A stretch of DNA of 64,000 nucleotides from a candidate division WOR-1 bacterium RIFOXYB2_FULL_46_45 (GCA_001771585.1 MEUE01000001.1:681984-745983); one strand, 5' to 3'; shown: positions 1-10,825, counted from the first letter of the stretch. Notes: a model not told the origin generated them from the sequence alone. Made by a program: numbers and translations.

Positions 1-2
1 CG

Positions 3-182
3 CCGGAACTGGTGGGTAAATTGAGCGCCGAACAGGTGGTTGAAAAGACGCTTGAACTGCTCGGCAATCCCGAAGCCTTGAAACATATGGGAAACGAGCT
101 AAAAAAACTGATGGGCGAATCAAACGCCGCCGACATAATCGTCGAGGAGATAATAAATGAAGCTTTTCTTCCGGCTTGCTAA
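3..182 (+). CDS. 3' end of a gene starting upstream of the window (C-terminal 59 aa; possibly lipid-A-disaccharide synthase LpxB C-terminus)
   Basis: Open frame 3 from the window start to TAA at 180-182, translating ...PELVGKLSAEQVVEKTLELLGNPEALKHMGNELKKLMGES.... LpxB assignment is only by context (msbA and an LpxB-related gene follow) and weak recall of LpxB C-termini. Confidence 0.35.
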   Translation, partial: PELVGKLSAEQVVEKTLELLGNPEALKHMGNELKKLMGESNAADIIVEEIINEAFLPAC

Positions 183-1881
183 ATACCTCACGCCCTATAA
201 TAATTATGTTATTGGGGCGGCAATTTCCATGCTGATCTTTTCACTCTGCAATATTGCCATGATCCCGTTGATTGCGCGCCTTTCCGAAGCGATCGCCCAA
301 AAAAGCATCTTTCAGCTGAATTTGGTGGTGGCAATGGCGGTTGGGATTTATTTTCTGCGCGGCGCCGCGACTTACGGTCAGGGATATTTGATCTCTTTCG
401 CCTCGCAAAGGATGCTTTTTGATTTAAGGACCCAGCTGTTTGAGCATTTAAACAAGCTCTCCTTCGATTTTTTCCAAAAGTGGCGCACCGGCGATTTGAT
501 CTCACGGTCGACCAACGATATTGACAATATCCAGAACGGGATCTCTTCCACCGTGATCCAGCTTTTGCCGAATATGCTGACGCTCTTGGGCGCGATCTGT
601 TATTTATTTTATTTAAACTGGAAGCTTTCTCTTTTAACCCTCATGATCATCCCGTTGCTTTCGCTAATCATCAATAAGTTCGGAAAAGAGATGCACAAAG
701 TTTCATCCGACGCGCAAAAGAAGACCTCCGATATCTCTTCTATACTGCAAGAAAAGGTGGCCGGGGTGCAGGTCGTCAAATCTTTCGCCATGGAAAAACA
801 TGAGATCAAAAAATTTAAGGAAGAATCGGAAAAGAGCTTCTGGCTCTCTTTGAAACAGGTGCAGATCAACGTGACCCAGACGCCGCTTCTGGCCTTTATC
901 CAGGTTTTGGGAATGGTGGCAATCATCTGGTACGGCGGCTATCAGGTGGTAACCGGAAAACTCAACCCGGCCGACCTGATCGCCTTCTTTGCCGGGATCG
1001 CACTAATCGCCGATCCGGTCTCCCGCCTGGGAGACACCAACGCGATTGTCCAGAGGTCGCTCGCTTCCGCGGAAAGGATCTTTGAAATCATTGATCTTGA
1101 ACCGACAGTGCAAGACGCCGTAAACGCCCACGATATAGAAATAAAGGGAGAGGTCCGTTTTAATTCCGTTTCGTTCAAATATCAGGAAGAGCTCCCTCTG
1201 GTCCTTGAAAAAGTCGACTTGAAAGCGAATCCGGGAGAAATCGTCGCCTTAGTCGGCAGATCGGGAGCCGGAAAAACTACCCTTGTAAACCTGATCCCCC
1301 GCTTTTATGACGCGACCGAGGGTGAAATATTAATTGACAACATCCCCATCCGGGATTCTAAATTGCACTCGCTCAGATCGCAGATGGGGATCGTTTCGCA
1401 GGAGACAATTTTATTTTCGGGGACGATAAAAGAGAATATCGCTTACGGCAAGATCGGCTCAAGCGACGAAGAGATCAAACAGGCCGCGATCGCCGCCAAC
1501 GCCCACAATTTTATAATCGAACTTGAGGACGGCTACGAAACGGTCGTGGGCGAACGGGGGGCCTCTCTTTCCGGCGGCCAAAAACAGCGGGTTGCGATCG
1601 CAAGAGCCCTCTTAAGAAATCCGCGGATCTTGATCCTTGATGAAGCCACTTCGGCGTTGGATACCGAATCCGAAAGGCTGGTCCAGGAGGCGATGGATAA
1701 ATTGATGCAGGGAAGGACCACTTTTGTGATTGCTCACCGCCTGTCAACCGTCCAGCACGCCGATAAAATTATTGTACTCGACCGGGGAAAGATCGTGGAA
1801 CAAGGAAAACACGACGAGCTCCTCTCAAAGAGCGGGATTTACAAGATGCTCTATGAGATGCAGTTTAAAGAACCTGCATGA
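157..1881 (+). CDS. msbA: ABC exporter, fused permease/ATPase, MsbA-like lipid A/lipid flippase
   Basis: 574 aa with an N-terminal 6-TM region. Walker A GRSGAGKTT, ABC signature LSGGQKQRVAIARAL, Walker B ILILDEATSALD, H-loop AHRLST. Sits in an LPS gene context. Confidence 0.85.
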   Translation: MKLFFRLAKYLTPYNNYVIGAAISMLIFSLCNIAMIPLIARLSEAIAQKSIFQLNLVVAMAVGIYFLRGAATYGQGYLISFASQRMLFDLRTQLFEHLNKLSFDFFQKWRTGDLISRSTNDIDNIQNGISSTVIQLLPNMLTLLGAICYLFYLNWKLSLLTLMIIPLLSLIINKFGKEMHKVSSDAQKKTSDISSILQEKVAGVQVVKSFAMEKHEIKKFKEESEKSFWLSLKQVQINVTQTPLLAFIQVLGMVAIIWYGGYQVVTGKLNPADLIAFFAGIALIADPVSRLGDTNAIVQRSLASAERIFEIIDLEPTVQDAVNAHDIEIKGEVRFNSVSFKYQEELPLVLEKVDLKANPGEIVALVGRSGAGKTTLVNLIPRFYDATEGEILIDNIPIRDSKLHSLRSQMGIVSQETILFSGTIKENIAYGKIGSSDEEIKQAAIAANAHNFIIELEDGYETVVGERGASLSGGQKQRVAIARALLRNPRILILDEATSALDTESERLVQEAMDKLMQGRTTFVIAHRLSTVQHADKIIVLDRGKIVEQGKHDELLSKSGIYKMLYEMQFKEPA

Positions 1882-2873
1882 AAATTTTAATAATCTCCAA
1901 CGGTCACGGGGAAGATCTGGTCGGAGCTAAACTGGCCGAAAAACTATCCGATGTCCTGGCGTTGCCGTTGGTTGGAGAAGGAAACGCTTATAAGTGTAAG
2001 GTCCTCGGTCCCCGCAAAAAACTCCCCGGCGGCGGTTTTTCTCTCCGCAATTTTTCTTACTTATGGAAAGATCTGACTTCGGGGCTAATCGGAAATCTCT
2101 TCGAATATTATAAGGCGCTTAAAACCACCAAAGTTGACCTGGTGATTGCGATCGGCGATCTGATTCCGCTCCTTGCCGCAAAGATCAACGGCGCCCCTTT
2201 TGTCTTTATCGGAGTGAATAAGAGCGATTATTATAAATGGTTCGGGTATTCGTATACTCCGTGGGAAATTTGGCTGCTCAAGTCGGCAAAGAAGGTTTTT
2301 ACTCGGGACCAATTGACGGCGGAGAATTTGCGCAAAAAGGGGGTCGAGGCGGAGTTTGTGGGAAACCCGCTAGCCCTGGAAAGTATTAAGTACAAAGTAC
2401 TAAGTACTAAGTGTAAAACCATTGCTTTTCTTCCTGGAACTCGTGATTTGGATATTCAAAAGAATCTTGAGGATTTTGAGGAAATAAAAAAAGAAATCAA
2501 TAAACTTGATCCGTCCGTTGAATTCCTAACCGCGACGAGGGAAACTTTTGTCGAAGTGCTCGAAAAATCCGTTGTGGTGATCGGCTTGTCGGGGACGGGG
2601 AACGAACAGGCGGCGGGGATGGGAATTCCGGTCGTCTCTTTTCCGGGCAGAGGATCGCAATATAATAAAAAATTCGGAGAAGCGCAAACCCAGCTTTTGG
2701 GTAAAGCCCTGGCGTTTGTTCCCGAAAGGGATTTTGCCAAAGTCGCGCGAAAGGCGCTGGAGATATTGAATAATCCCAAACTGGCGGAGGAGATGGGAAA
2801 AATTGGGAGGGAGCGGATGGGAGGTGGAGGGGCGGTGGAGAGGCTTGTTCGAGAAATTGCTAATGAAAAATAA
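1878..2873 (+). CDS. lipid-A-disaccharide synthase-related protein (cyanobacterial-type LpxB-like GT-B glycosyltransferase)
   Basis: N-terminus MKILIISNGHGEDLVGAKLAEKL recalls the SNGHGED motif of the LpxB-related family (TIGR03492-like), as far as I recall. Start overlaps the msbA stop (ATGA). Family assignment is from memory, not from a search. Confidence 0.5.
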   Translation: MKILIISNGHGEDLVGAKLAEKLSDVLALPLVGEGNAYKCKVLGPRKKLPGGGFSLRNFSYLWKDLTSGLIGNLFEYYKALKTTKVDLVIAIGDLIPLLAAKINGAPFVFIGVNKSDYYKWFGYSYTPWEIWLLKSAKKVFTRDQLTAENLRKKGVEAEFVGNPLALESIKYKVLSTKCKTIAFLPGTRDLDIQKNLEDFEEIKKEINKLDPSVEFLTATRETFVEVLEKSVVVIGLSGTGNEQAAGMGIPVVSFPGRGSQYNKKFGEAQTQLLGKALAFVPERDFAKVARKALEILNNPKLAEEMGKIGRERMGGGGAVERLVREIANEK

Positions 2874-3852
2874 AGGCGGACCTTTAAATTTAGTTTTTTT
2901 GTCCGGCCAGCCCCACTGCGGGCCGTGGAAGAGAGAAAGCCACGATATACAGGCCTGGGCGGCGGCGATGGAGGGAGACACCTATAATTCCTGCCGATTA
3001 AGCTTGTTGTGGGGGATCAAAGATTACAAAATTGCCTTGCTGGAGCTGCGTCCGCATAATTTTCATCTGATAAAACAAATTAAGAAATGGCTCCCCCGCC
3101 TAAAACTAATCGGCGTGCAAGAAGGCTCCCTACATTCTCCCGATAGTGATTACAACAGCAAAACCAGATTAAAATTTATTGAGGCCTATCAAAATGTCGA
3201 TGCTCTTGGGGTATTGTTAGAGGATTCTATCCCTTACTTCCAATCAATCACCGATAAACCGGTCTTTTGGCTGGGAGTCCCCTTCCCTGTTGAATGGAGT
3301 AAATCATATATTATCCCTCCCGAAAAAAAAGAGCCAATCATTGAAATGCAAAACACCTTCAGTAGCCAAAAGGGCGGGCTTACTAATTTCTTCCTTTTAA
3401 AAAGCATCCAAAAAACACATCCGGAAGCCCGAGGGCTAAGCTATAGCCAAAACATAAGATACGATCAAGTACTAGCGGATTCTTTTGGCGTAAATTTAAA
3501 AATAGAACCGATGCTTAGCTGGCAAAACTACTTTATCCTCCACTCAAAAGCATATATTGGATTACATATGGATTATCGCTGGTCATGGAACCGCTTTAGT
3601 GTCGATTGCGCGGCAGCCGGAATCCCCTGCATCAGCACTCCACATGCGACCAGCCATAAAACCCTCTTCCCAAAACTTTGCGTTGAACCGTTTGATGTCG
3701 AGAGCGCAAAAGGATTGGCCGGCCAATTATTAAAAGATCGCTCTTTTTACAAAGAGTGCAGAGAATACGCCCTAAATAAAATAGAACTGTTTGATTTTGA
3801 GAACTCAAAAAAGAGGCTTCTCGGTTTTTTAAATAAACAAAATTGGGTTTAG
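2863..3852 (+). CDS. hypothetical protein, possibly GT-B fold glycosyltransferase-like
   Basis: Long ORF. The start was moved to ATG 2863, which overlaps the upstream stop; the tabulated start at 2803 would overlap the previous gene by 70 nt. The C-terminal half (…HMDYRWSWNRFSVDCAAAGIPCISTP…) resembles a GT-B C-terminal domain only weakly. Confidence 0.35.
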   Translation: MKNKGGPLNLVFLSGQPHCGPWKRESHDIQAWAAAMEGDTYNSCRLSLLWGIKDYKIALLELRPHNFHLIKQIKKWLPRLKLIGVQEGSLHSPDSDYNSKTRLKFIEAYQNVDALGVLLEDSIPYFQSITDKPVFWLGVPFPVEWSKSYIIPPEKKEPIIEMQNTFSSQKGGLTNFFLLKSIQKTHPEARGLSYSQNIRYDQVLADSFGVNLKIEPMLSWQNYFILHSKAYIGLHMDYRWSWNRFSVDCAAAGIPCISTPHATSHKTLFPKLCVEPFDVESAKGLAGQLLKDRSFYKECREYALNKIELFDFENSKKRLLGFLNKQNWV

Positions 3853-3869
3853 GGTATAATAAGACAAGC

Positions 3870-5096
3870 ATGAGTAAAATACTTCTGTTGACGGAAGGAA
3901 ACCTAAGCAATAATTTTGCCGGCCCGGGAATGAGATACTTCGAATTTGCCCGAGCATTGGCAAAAAAACATCAGGTTACTTTAGCAGGGCTTTCTTTTGA
4001 TCCTGATTTTTCAAGCCCGGACGTTAATGTACTGAAAATCTCTGCTTTTAATGTTATAAACTTGGGGATTAAGATATCAGTCCCAAATTCATTTTTTAGG
4101 AAAGAACTAACAAAATATGACCTAATAATAACCCCCGGAGGAGCGTTGCGTTCGTTTGGTTCGCTTACCAAAATAAAAACACCGATCGCAATTGATCTTT
4201 ACAATCCATGGTTTTTTGAAATGATGTCTTCCGGCCGCAGTCCAAACAAGAAAAAAATAACGCAAAACATAAAGAAAGTTGTTGAAATAATCAAGGAAGG
4301 AAATTATTTTATTTGTGCCAGCTCCAAGCAAAGAGACCTGTATATTGGACTTATGCTGGCGGCAGAAAAAATTGATCCCGAAAAATTAAAAATCGACCCG
4401 CTATTGGAGGATTTAATCGCGGTTGTTCCGACAGGGATCCCTTCTACTCCGCCAAAGGCAAACAAAAAATCCTTAAGAAGCGAGTGTCCGGAAATAAAAG
4501 AATCCGATAAGGTTGTAATTTGGTGGGGCGGGATGTGGGATTGGCTTGACCCGATAACCCTGATAAAAGCAATAGATATAATTTCCCGAAAAAGAAAAGA
4601 CGTTAAACTTGTATTCTTTGGCGCCGACCCTTTAACCGCAAAAGATTTTTCCTCTAAAACTGTCGCGGATTCTGTCGAGCTTTCAAAAAAACTTAACCTT
4701 TATCAAAAACAGATCTATTTTATAAGCCGCTGGATCCCATATGCCGAAAGAGCAAACTGGCTCTTGGATGCCGATATTGGAATTATCTCGCATCACAAAA
4801 GCCTTGAAACCGAGTTTTCCTGGAGAACCCGGGCGATGGATTACCTTTGGGCCGGCCTTCCGATAATAACAACCGAAGGGGACTCCATAGCCGCCCTGGT
4901 AGAAAAACATTCCCTGGGCAGAGTTGTCCCCTATCAAAACGCGAAATCTATGGCGGAAGCAATATTGGCCATTCTGGAAAATCCCCGTGATCACGAAAGA
5001 ATAAAAGAAAACATTCAGAGATTCAGTCCTTCTCTTTATTGGGAAAACATAGTTGTGCCTATCCATAATTTTTGCAAAAAACTAATCCGAAAATGA
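3870..5096 (+). CDS. glycosyltransferase, family 1 (GT4-like)
   Basis: C-terminal domain VVIWWGGMWDWLDP…KLVFFGADP…EFSWRTRAMDYLWAGLPIITTEGDS is typical of GT-B/GT1. Start placed at MSKILLL, 11 nt after a TATAAT at 3854-3859. Confidence 0.55.
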   Translation: MSKILLLTEGNLSNNFAGPGMRYFEFARALAKKHQVTLAGLSFDPDFSSPDVNVLKISAFNVINLGIKISVPNSFFRKELTKYDLIITPGGALRSFGSLTKIKTPIAIDLYNPWFFEMMSSGRSPNKKKITQNIKKVVEIIKEGNYFICASSKQRDLYIGLMLAAEKIDPEKLKIDPLLEDLIAVVPTGIPSTPPKANKKSLRSECPEIKESDKVVIWWGGMWDWLDPITLIKAIDIISRKRKDVKLVFFGADPLTAKDFSSKTVADSVELSKKLNLYQKQIYFISRWIPYAERANWLLDADIGIISHHKSLETEFSWRTRAMDYLWAGLPIITTEGDSIAALVEKHSLGRVVPYQNAKSMAEAILAILENPRDHERIKENIQRFSPSLYWENIVVPIHNFCKKLIRK

Positions 5097-6046
5097 AACA
5101 AGTCAGCATTATAATATTAAACTTCAACGGGCTAGAGCTGCTCAAAAACAATCTTCCGATTCTCGTCAACTGCCTCAAACCAAATATTTCACTTGAAATA
5201 ATAATTGTGGATAACAACTCATCAGATTCGAGCGTTAAGTTTATCAAAGAGGATTTTCCACAAATAAGAGTTTTAGAGCTTAAAGAAAACCACAGCTTTG
5301 GCGAAGCGTTAAACCTTGCCGCCAAAGAAGCAAAAAATGATCTGCTATTGTTCTTAAATAATGACGTGGAAGTATCGGCGGATTTTATTAAGCCATTGAT
5401 TGAACACTTTAAAGACAATCGGGTGTTTGGCGTAACCCCCAAAGTCCTCCGCCCCACCCAGGGGATGATAAACGAATCGGTAATTACCGGCGCCTTTAAG
5501 GGCGGGGTCATCAGCGCCGAATTCTCAATCTCTCAAACCAGAAAAATTCCCGATTATGCCTTTGAAACCTTTTCCGTCTGCGGAGCCGCTATGATGATAG
5601 ATAAAAAAAAGTTTACGGAAATAGGCGGCTTTGATAAGATGCTGCGCCCATTCTACTATGAGGAAACAGATCTATCCTATCGCGCGCTTAAACACGGCTG
5701 GAAGATCTTCTACGAACCGGCCTCTGTTGTTTATCACCAGCACAATCAATCGATCGGCAAATATTTAAAGAAATCGACCGCCTTATGGAGCTACCGAAAA
5801 AACCAATATCTGACCGTCTGGAAAAACATAACCGACCCCTGGTTAATGGCAAGACATATTATTGAAATGGTCATCCCTAAACTGCTAACTCCCAACCTCA
5901 TTGAATGGAAGGCTTTATTTAGCGCACTTATTCAGATTCCGGAGATAATCACCAGAAGAAAAGAACAAAAAAGACATTGTGTTTTATCTGACAAAGAAAT
6001 ATTCCGGCTAGCCTCGGATCAAATTAATAAAATAAGGGGAAGATAA
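5093..6046 (+). CDS. glycosyltransferase family 2
   Basis: VSIIILNFNG…IIIVDNNSSDSS…FLNNDVEV (DXD-type) is a GT-A N-terminal signature. Confidence 0.8.
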   Translation: MKQVSIIILNFNGLELLKNNLPILVNCLKPNISLEIIIVDNNSSDSSVKFIKEDFPQIRVLELKENHSFGEALNLAAKEAKNDLLLFLNNDVEVSADFIKPLIEHFKDNRVFGVTPKVLRPTQGMINESVITGAFKGGVISAEFSISQTRKIPDYAFETFSVCGAAMMIDKKKFTEIGGFDKMLRPFYYEETDLSYRALKHGWKIFYEPASVVYHQHNQSIGKYLKKSTALWSYRKNQYLTVWKNITDPWLMARHIIEMVIPKLLTPNLIEWKALFSALIQIPEIITRRKEQKRHCVLSDKEIFRLASDQINKIRGR

Positions 6047-6736
6047 ATGAATCTGCAAGATTTTTATGACGGAAAATCCGGCAAATACAAGGTCTGTTTT
6101 GATAAATGCAGCGTACTCTCCAAAATGCTAAGTTGGATAGATTCCGGCAAAACCATCCTAGATATTGGATGCGCAGACGGTGCTTTTGGCGCAGAGCTAA
6201 AAAAGAAAGGGAATACGGTATATGGGTTTGAAATTTCAAAATCATCCGCGGAAAAAGCTTCTCATATTCTCGATGGCGTGGTCGTAGGAAACATTGAGAA
6301 AGATACCCTTCCCTATAAAGAAAAAAACTTTGATATTATTATATGCGCTGATGTATTAGAACACTTATATGATCCAACTTCAATATTGATAAAGCTGAAA
6401 AAACATTTAAAAGATGAGGGGAAAATAATAATTTCCATCCCCAACATTGCTCATTCCTCAATAAGACGGGCTCTGTTATTCGGAAGATTTGAATACACTG
6501 ATATAGGATTACTTGATAATTCGCATATTCGGTTTTTCACACTAAATACGGCCAAAAAAATGATAAAAGAAGCAGGATTTAAAATACAAGATTTTGACGC
6601 GACCACTGACTTTAATAAGGCAATAAATTATTATCTAAACGCATTGTTAAAACAACTCCGATGGTCTGTTTTCCCTGGACTCTACGGGTATCAATTTCTC
6701 TTCCTGTTAAACAAAAAAACAACCAATGAATCTTGA
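6047..6736 (+). CDS. class I SAM-dependent methyltransferase
   Basis: Motif I ILDIGCADGAFG and post-I acidic residue (VYGFEIS). Size is typical of small-molecule or sugar methyltransferases. Confidence 0.8.
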   Translation: MNLQDFYDGKSGKYKVCFDKCSVLSKMLSWIDSGKTILDIGCADGAFGAELKKKGNTVYGFEISKSSAEKASHILDGVVVGNIEKDTLPYKEKNFDIIICADVLEHLYDPTSILIKLKKHLKDEGKIIISIPNIAHSSIRRALLFGRFEYTDIGLLDNSHIRFFTLNTAKKMIKEAGFKIQDFDATTDFNKAINYYLNALLKQLRWSVFPGLYGYQFLFLLNKKTTNES

Positions 6737-7697
6737 AAAAATACTCCTCCTCCGCCCCGATATGATCGGGGATTGCGTCCTAATCACCCCCGCTATCACG
6801 CTCTTGCGTAAAAAACACCCCAACGCCCGGATTGCGGTTTTGGCAAGCCCGTATACCAGGGAGATCTTCGCGAATAACCCGGATGTTGACGAGATCATAA
6901 CCGATAAAAAAATACCCGAGAACAAATTTGATATCTCTATCCATTTTTATAACGAGTTCGAATACGCGCTTATGGCAAAAAGGGCAAAAATTCCGGTTCG
7001 GATCGGATCCTCCAACAAGCCCCTGATCGGCTGGCTGTACACCAAACGGATCGATCAAAAATGGACCGATCTTACTCTGCATGAAGTTGAGCATAATTTG
7101 CTTCTGCTCAAAGCTTTGGATGTCGACATCTCAAACCCGCCGCCGCTTAATATCGGGATTCAAAGGACCAAATCAAAAGATTTTACCGTCGGCATACATT
7201 TGGGGACCGGAAAGGGGAATCGTTCCTGGCTGCCGGAAAGGTACGCCGAAGTCGCCGATTATCTGATAAAAAAGCTCCACGCGAAAGTAATTCTGACCGG
7301 ATCGAAAAAAGAGATCGGGCTGGCAGAACATGTCCCCGGCGAAAATCTGGTCGGAAAAACAACACTTGCCGAACTGATTAAAACTATCGCTACTTATGAT
7401 ATTTACATCGGCGTTGATACCGGACCAATGCATATCGCGGCGGCGTTAAAAGTGCCGACCGTCGCGATCTTTCCGACCAAATTCGTAAAACCGAGCGAAT
7501 GGGGCCCGTGGCAGACCCAGCATATCGTTGTCCGCAAAAAAATAAACTGCCGCCGCAGCTGCCTTCCCAAAAAGTGCGAACTGGACGACTGCCTTCTGCA
7601 AATTAAAGCGCAGGACGTTATCGATGCGGTAGAATTACTGCTCAAAGGAAAAACGCACACAAAAGATGATTGGATAAGGATGAATAAAAATGAATAA
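6726..7697 (+). CDS. glycosyltransferase family 9 (ADP-heptose:LPS heptosyltransferase-like)
   Basis: ILLLRPDMIGDCVLITPAITLLRKKHPNARIAVLA is the N-terminal motif of RfaF/RfaC-type heptosyltransferases. C-terminal GVDTGPMHIAAAL motif is also present. Confidence 0.8.
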   Translation: MNLEKILLLRPDMIGDCVLITPAITLLRKKHPNARIAVLASPYTREIFANNPDVDEIITDKKIPENKFDISIHFYNEFEYALMAKRAKIPVRIGSSNKPLIGWLYTKRIDQKWTDLTLHEVEHNLLLLKALDVDISNPPPLNIGIQRTKSKDFTVGIHLGTGKGNRSWLPERYAEVADYLIKKLHAKVILTGSKKEIGLAEHVPGENLVGKTTLAELIKTIATYDIYIGVDTGPMHIAAALKVPTVAIFPTKFVKPSEWGPWQTQHIVVRKKINCRRSCLPKKCELDDCLLQIKAQDVIDAVELLLKGKTHTKDDWIRMNKNE

Positions 7698-9288
7698 AAA
7701 ATTGTTGTTTTTACTCCTGATCTCCCTTTTCCTCTTCACCTGGCACATCGGCTCAATTCCGATTCTGGACGGCGACACCGCCTTTAGCGCCAAAATCGCC
7801 AAAAACATAATCGAAAAAGGGGATTGGATCACCCTCCGTTTTTTAAATCCGATCGATCTCGTCCCCAAGCCGCCGCTCTTCTATTGGATGATGGCGGCGG
7901 GAATGAAAATCTTCGGGGTTAACGAGTTCGGCCTAAGCATCTTTCATTCCTTAGTTGGAGTGTTAACCGTCCTTTTAACCTATTTGATAGCAAAAGAGCT
8001 TTATGACGAAAAAACCGCCTTCTGGTCGGGACTGATTCTCCTAACTTCCGCCCAGTTTTTTTACGCCGGGCGCTCGCCGCTCCAGGATATGCCGCTCACT
8101 TTTTTCATCGCCGCCGCTTTTTACTGCTTCGTCCTTTTTGAAAAGCGGAAAAAATATCTTTTCTTGTATTTGATCCCAGTCTTTACCGCACTGGCACTTC
8201 TCACCAAAGGACCGGTCGGTCTGGTCCTGGTCGGCCTGGTCTTGTTTGTTTATACAATCTGGAATAAAAGCATTCTTTCTTACCTTCACCTTTACTTTCC
8301 TCACCTATGCCTATGCCTATGCCTATGCCTTGTTCTTATCCTCCCCTGGTTCGTGGCAGAATATAAAATCATCGGCAAACCCTTTGCCGACATCATGATC
8401 GGCAGTAACTTCGGCCGCTTCTTCCATCCAACCGACAGTATTGGGAACGATCCGACCATAAACACCGCCAGTCCCCAATACGATTTTTACTCATATTTTC
8501 TCCAGTTGTTTATTTTGTTTGTCCCCTGGTCCGGATTCCTATATCCCGCTTTGTTTTCTAGTATAAGAAAGCCGGAGAACCGCTTTATTATAAGCTGGGC
8601 CTTGGGAGTACTATTGTTTTTTTCGCTGTCGCTAAATTACAAAATCAGCCGCTATATTTTGCCGGCTTACCCGGCATTGGCAATAATTATTGCTTCATAT
8701 CTTTGTAATGACAAATTACAAATGACCTGCCTCGCGGCAAGGCGGGCAAATGTCAAATGGGGGAAATGGACCAATGCAATCTTAATCATTCCTCTGTTGT
8801 TTCTCGGTACGATTTATATGATTTTAAGCTTTCCTAAACAGCAGGCCGCCTACCAGCCGATTGTTTTGCCTTTCATTATAATTTTTACAATCGGAATGAT
8901 CGTCTTTTCGGTCTTTCTGTTTAGAAACCAACTTAAGACCGCAATGAAGACAGTCGTTTGCTTCTCTCTCGCCTCTTATATTGTGTTGATCTTCTCTCTT
9001 AATCTCTTTTTTAAAGAGGCCAATCCGATCAAGCGTTTTTGTGAAACGATAAACAGGGATAACGACGGGGTAACAGTCCTTTATCAAGCGGAATCGTCTT
9101 CCCCTTTTGCCGCTTTTTATTTAAACGACGATTTTGTGCAAACGCGGGACGAAAAAAACATCCAAAATCTGATGAAGATTGTGCCAAAAGTTTACGTCAT
9201 CAGCGAGAATCCGACTGCTGATAAGATTATCCGGGATTCTAAGGTTGTTGTCAGGAAGTCTAACTTTGTGTTATTCTCTAATCAATGA
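7690..9288 (+). CDS. ArnT/PMT-like membrane glycosyltransferase (GT39/GT83 family, polyprenyl-phosphate-sugar dependent)
   Basis: Multi-TM protein with N-terminal …[25 protein letters not shown]… (DE/DD motif loop of ArnT/PMT). Partnered with the downstream GT2 at 9285. Contains the (CTATGC)x4 repeat encoding LCLCLCLC. Confidence 0.7.
   Translation: MNKKLLFLLLISLFLFTWHIGSIPILDGDTAFSAKIAKNIIEKGDWITLRFLNPIDLVPKPPLFYWMMAAGMKIFGVNEFGLSIFHSLVGVLTVLLTYLIAKELYDEKTAFWSGLILLTSAQFFYAGRSPLQDMPLTFFIAAAFYCFVLFEKRKKYLFLYLIPVFTALALLTKGPVGLVLVGLVLFVYTIWNKSILSYLHLYFPHLCLCLCLCLVLILPWFVAEYKIIGKPFADIMIGSNFGRFFHPTDSIGNDPTINTASPQYDFYSYFLQLFILFVPWSGFLYPALFSSIRKPENRFIISWALGVLLFFSLSLNYKISRYILPAYPALAIIIASYLCNDKLQMTCLAARRANVKWGKWTNAILIIPLLFLGTIYMILSFPKQQAAYQPIVLPFIIIFTIGMIVFSVFLFRNQLKTAMKTVVCFSLASYIVLIFSLNLFFKEANPIKRFCETINRDNDGVTVLYQAESSSPFAAFYLNDDFVQTRDEKNIQNLMKIVPKVYVISENPTADKIIRDSKVVVRKSNFVLFSNQ
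8296..8331 (+). repeat. perfect hexanucleotide tandem repeat (CTATGC)x4 inside the ArnT-like CDS
   Basis: Sequence cacctatgcctatgcctatgcctatgccttg encodes [11 protein letters not shown]. The repeat is in frame (multiple of 3). Confidence 0.8.
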
Positions 9289-9956
9289 ACCTCTCCGTCA
9301 TCATGCCGGTTTATAACGAGAAAGCGACCCTCCCTCAAATTATCGCAAGGGTGCTGGCAGTCCCGATAAATAAAGAATTAATAATCGTCGACGATTATTC
9401 AACCGACGGGACCCGCGAAGTGCTGAAGAATTACCCAAACATCAAAATTGTTTTACAACCGTTTAATCAGGGAAAGGGAGCCGCTTTGAGGGCGGGATTT
9501 AAAGAAGCGAGCGGGGATTATGTTATTATCCAGGACGCCGATTTGGAATATGATCCGCAAGATTATTTGAAACTGATCTCCCCAATAAATGAAGGCAAGG
9601 CAAAAGTCGTTTACGGCTCAAGATTCATGGGAAAGCATTCTTTTTCTTCGGTCAGCCACTATTGGGGAAACAAGGCACTAAGTTTGCTGACCACTCTCCT
9701 TTACGGCGCGGTTTTGACCGATATGGAAACCTGTTACAAGCTGATTCCCGCGAAGTTTATTAAGAATATTAAACTTAACGCCAACCGTTTTGACTTTGAA
9801 CCGGAAATCACCGCTAAAATCCTAAAGAACGGCTATAAAATTTTAGAAGTCCCGATCGGCTATAAGGGCAGGGAATTTAATGAGGGTAAAAAGATCAGCT
9901 GGAAGGACGGCTTTGCGGCGATTGCCGCCCTAATTAAATATAGATTTTATGACTAA
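9285..9956 (+). CDS. glycosyltransferase family 2, polyprenyl-phosphate sugar synthase type (ArnC/DPM1-like)
   Basis: [10 protein letters not shown]…[11 protein letters not shown]…IQDADLEY. Translationally coupled to the upstream ArnT-like gene, which is the canonical GT2 + GT39/83 pair. Confidence 0.8.
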   Translation: MNLSVIMPVYNEKATLPQIIARVLAVPINKELIIVDDYSTDGTREVLKNYPNIKIVLQPFNQGKGAALRAGFKEASGDYVIIQDADLEYDPQDYLKLISPINEGKAKVVYGSRFMGKHSFSSVSHYWGNKALSLLTTLLYGAVLTDMETCYKLIPAKFIKNIKLNANRFDFEPEITAKILKNGYKILEVPIGYKGREFNEGKKISWKDGFAAIAALIKYRFYD

Positions 9957-10776
9957 CCTCTCCGTCGTTATCGGAACTTTTAACCAAAAGGACTCTCTCA
10001 AGCTCGTCCTGGAATCTTTTACCAAACAAACTTATAAGGATTTTGAAATCATTGTTGTCGACAGCTCTTCGACCGATGGCACCGAAGAGATCGTAAGGAC
10101 AGAACAATGTTCTGTCCCAACGCTCCAATACATCCGGCAGGAAAATAACGGGAAGACCGCCGCGCGGAATCGAGGGATAAAAGAGGCGAAGGGAGAAATT
10201 ATATTACTGACCGATGCGGATATGATCGCGGATTCTCAACTGGTCGAGGAACACATCAAAGCACACAAGAAATATAACAATGCGTGCTTTGAGGGCACAA
10301 CTTTTAACTTCCTCAAAAAAGGGAGCGACGCGGTTGAACCCTATATAAAACAAAAGCTACGGGCCGGGCAGAAGTTGAAATGGGCCTATTTTCTATCAGG
10401 AAATCTGTCGATCAAAAAAGAAACCCTCATAAAAGCCGGGATGTTTGACGAGGATTTTAAAAGTTACGGATGGGAAGACATTGAACTGGGATACCGTTTA
10501 CACAAAATGAAAATCCCCCTCTACTATCTTCCCTCCGCCAAGAATTATCATTACCACTTTGTAACCGACAACGATATGGTCAAACGAAAATACAATATGG
10601 GAAAATCGGCCGCGATCTTCTATAAAAAGCATCCGAATTTTGAAATAAAAATGTTTCTTGGAATGAATCCACTGGCAATGGGCATCTACCGCTTTTTAAA
10701 GAAATACCCTCGATTTTTAAAGCTTTCACAATACCTCCGCGAAGAGTTTGAATACCGAAAAGGGCTTGAAGCCTAG
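9949..10776 (+). CDS. glycosyltransferase family 2
   Basis: [10 protein letters not shown]…[13 protein letters not shown]…LTDADM GT-A motifs. Confidence 0.8.
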   Translation: MTNLSVVIGTFNQKDSLKLVLESFTKQTYKDFEIIVVDSSSTDGTEEIVRTEQCSVPTLQYIRQENNGKTAARNRGIKEAKGEIILLTDADMIADSQLVEEHIKAHKKYNNACFEGTTFNFLKKGSDAVEPYIKQKLRAGQKLKWAYFLSGNLSIKKETLIKAGMFDEDFKSYGWEDIELGYRLHKMKIPLYYLPSAKNYHYHFVTDNDMVKRKYNMGKSAAIFYKKHPNFEIKMFLGMNPLAMGIYRFLKKYPRFLKLSQYLREEFEYRKGLEA

Positions 10777-10825
10777 AAATTGGCGCCATAATTGCTGGGA
10801 ATACCTCCAAAAGGAGGTGATAAAA

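Noticed and set aside
209-1747. Several 60-105-aa minus-strand ORFs (209-505, 609-926, 942-1178, 1511-1747) inside msbA
   Set aside because: They are antisense shadows of a well-supported ABC transporter CDS. None has an RBS or conserved motifs.
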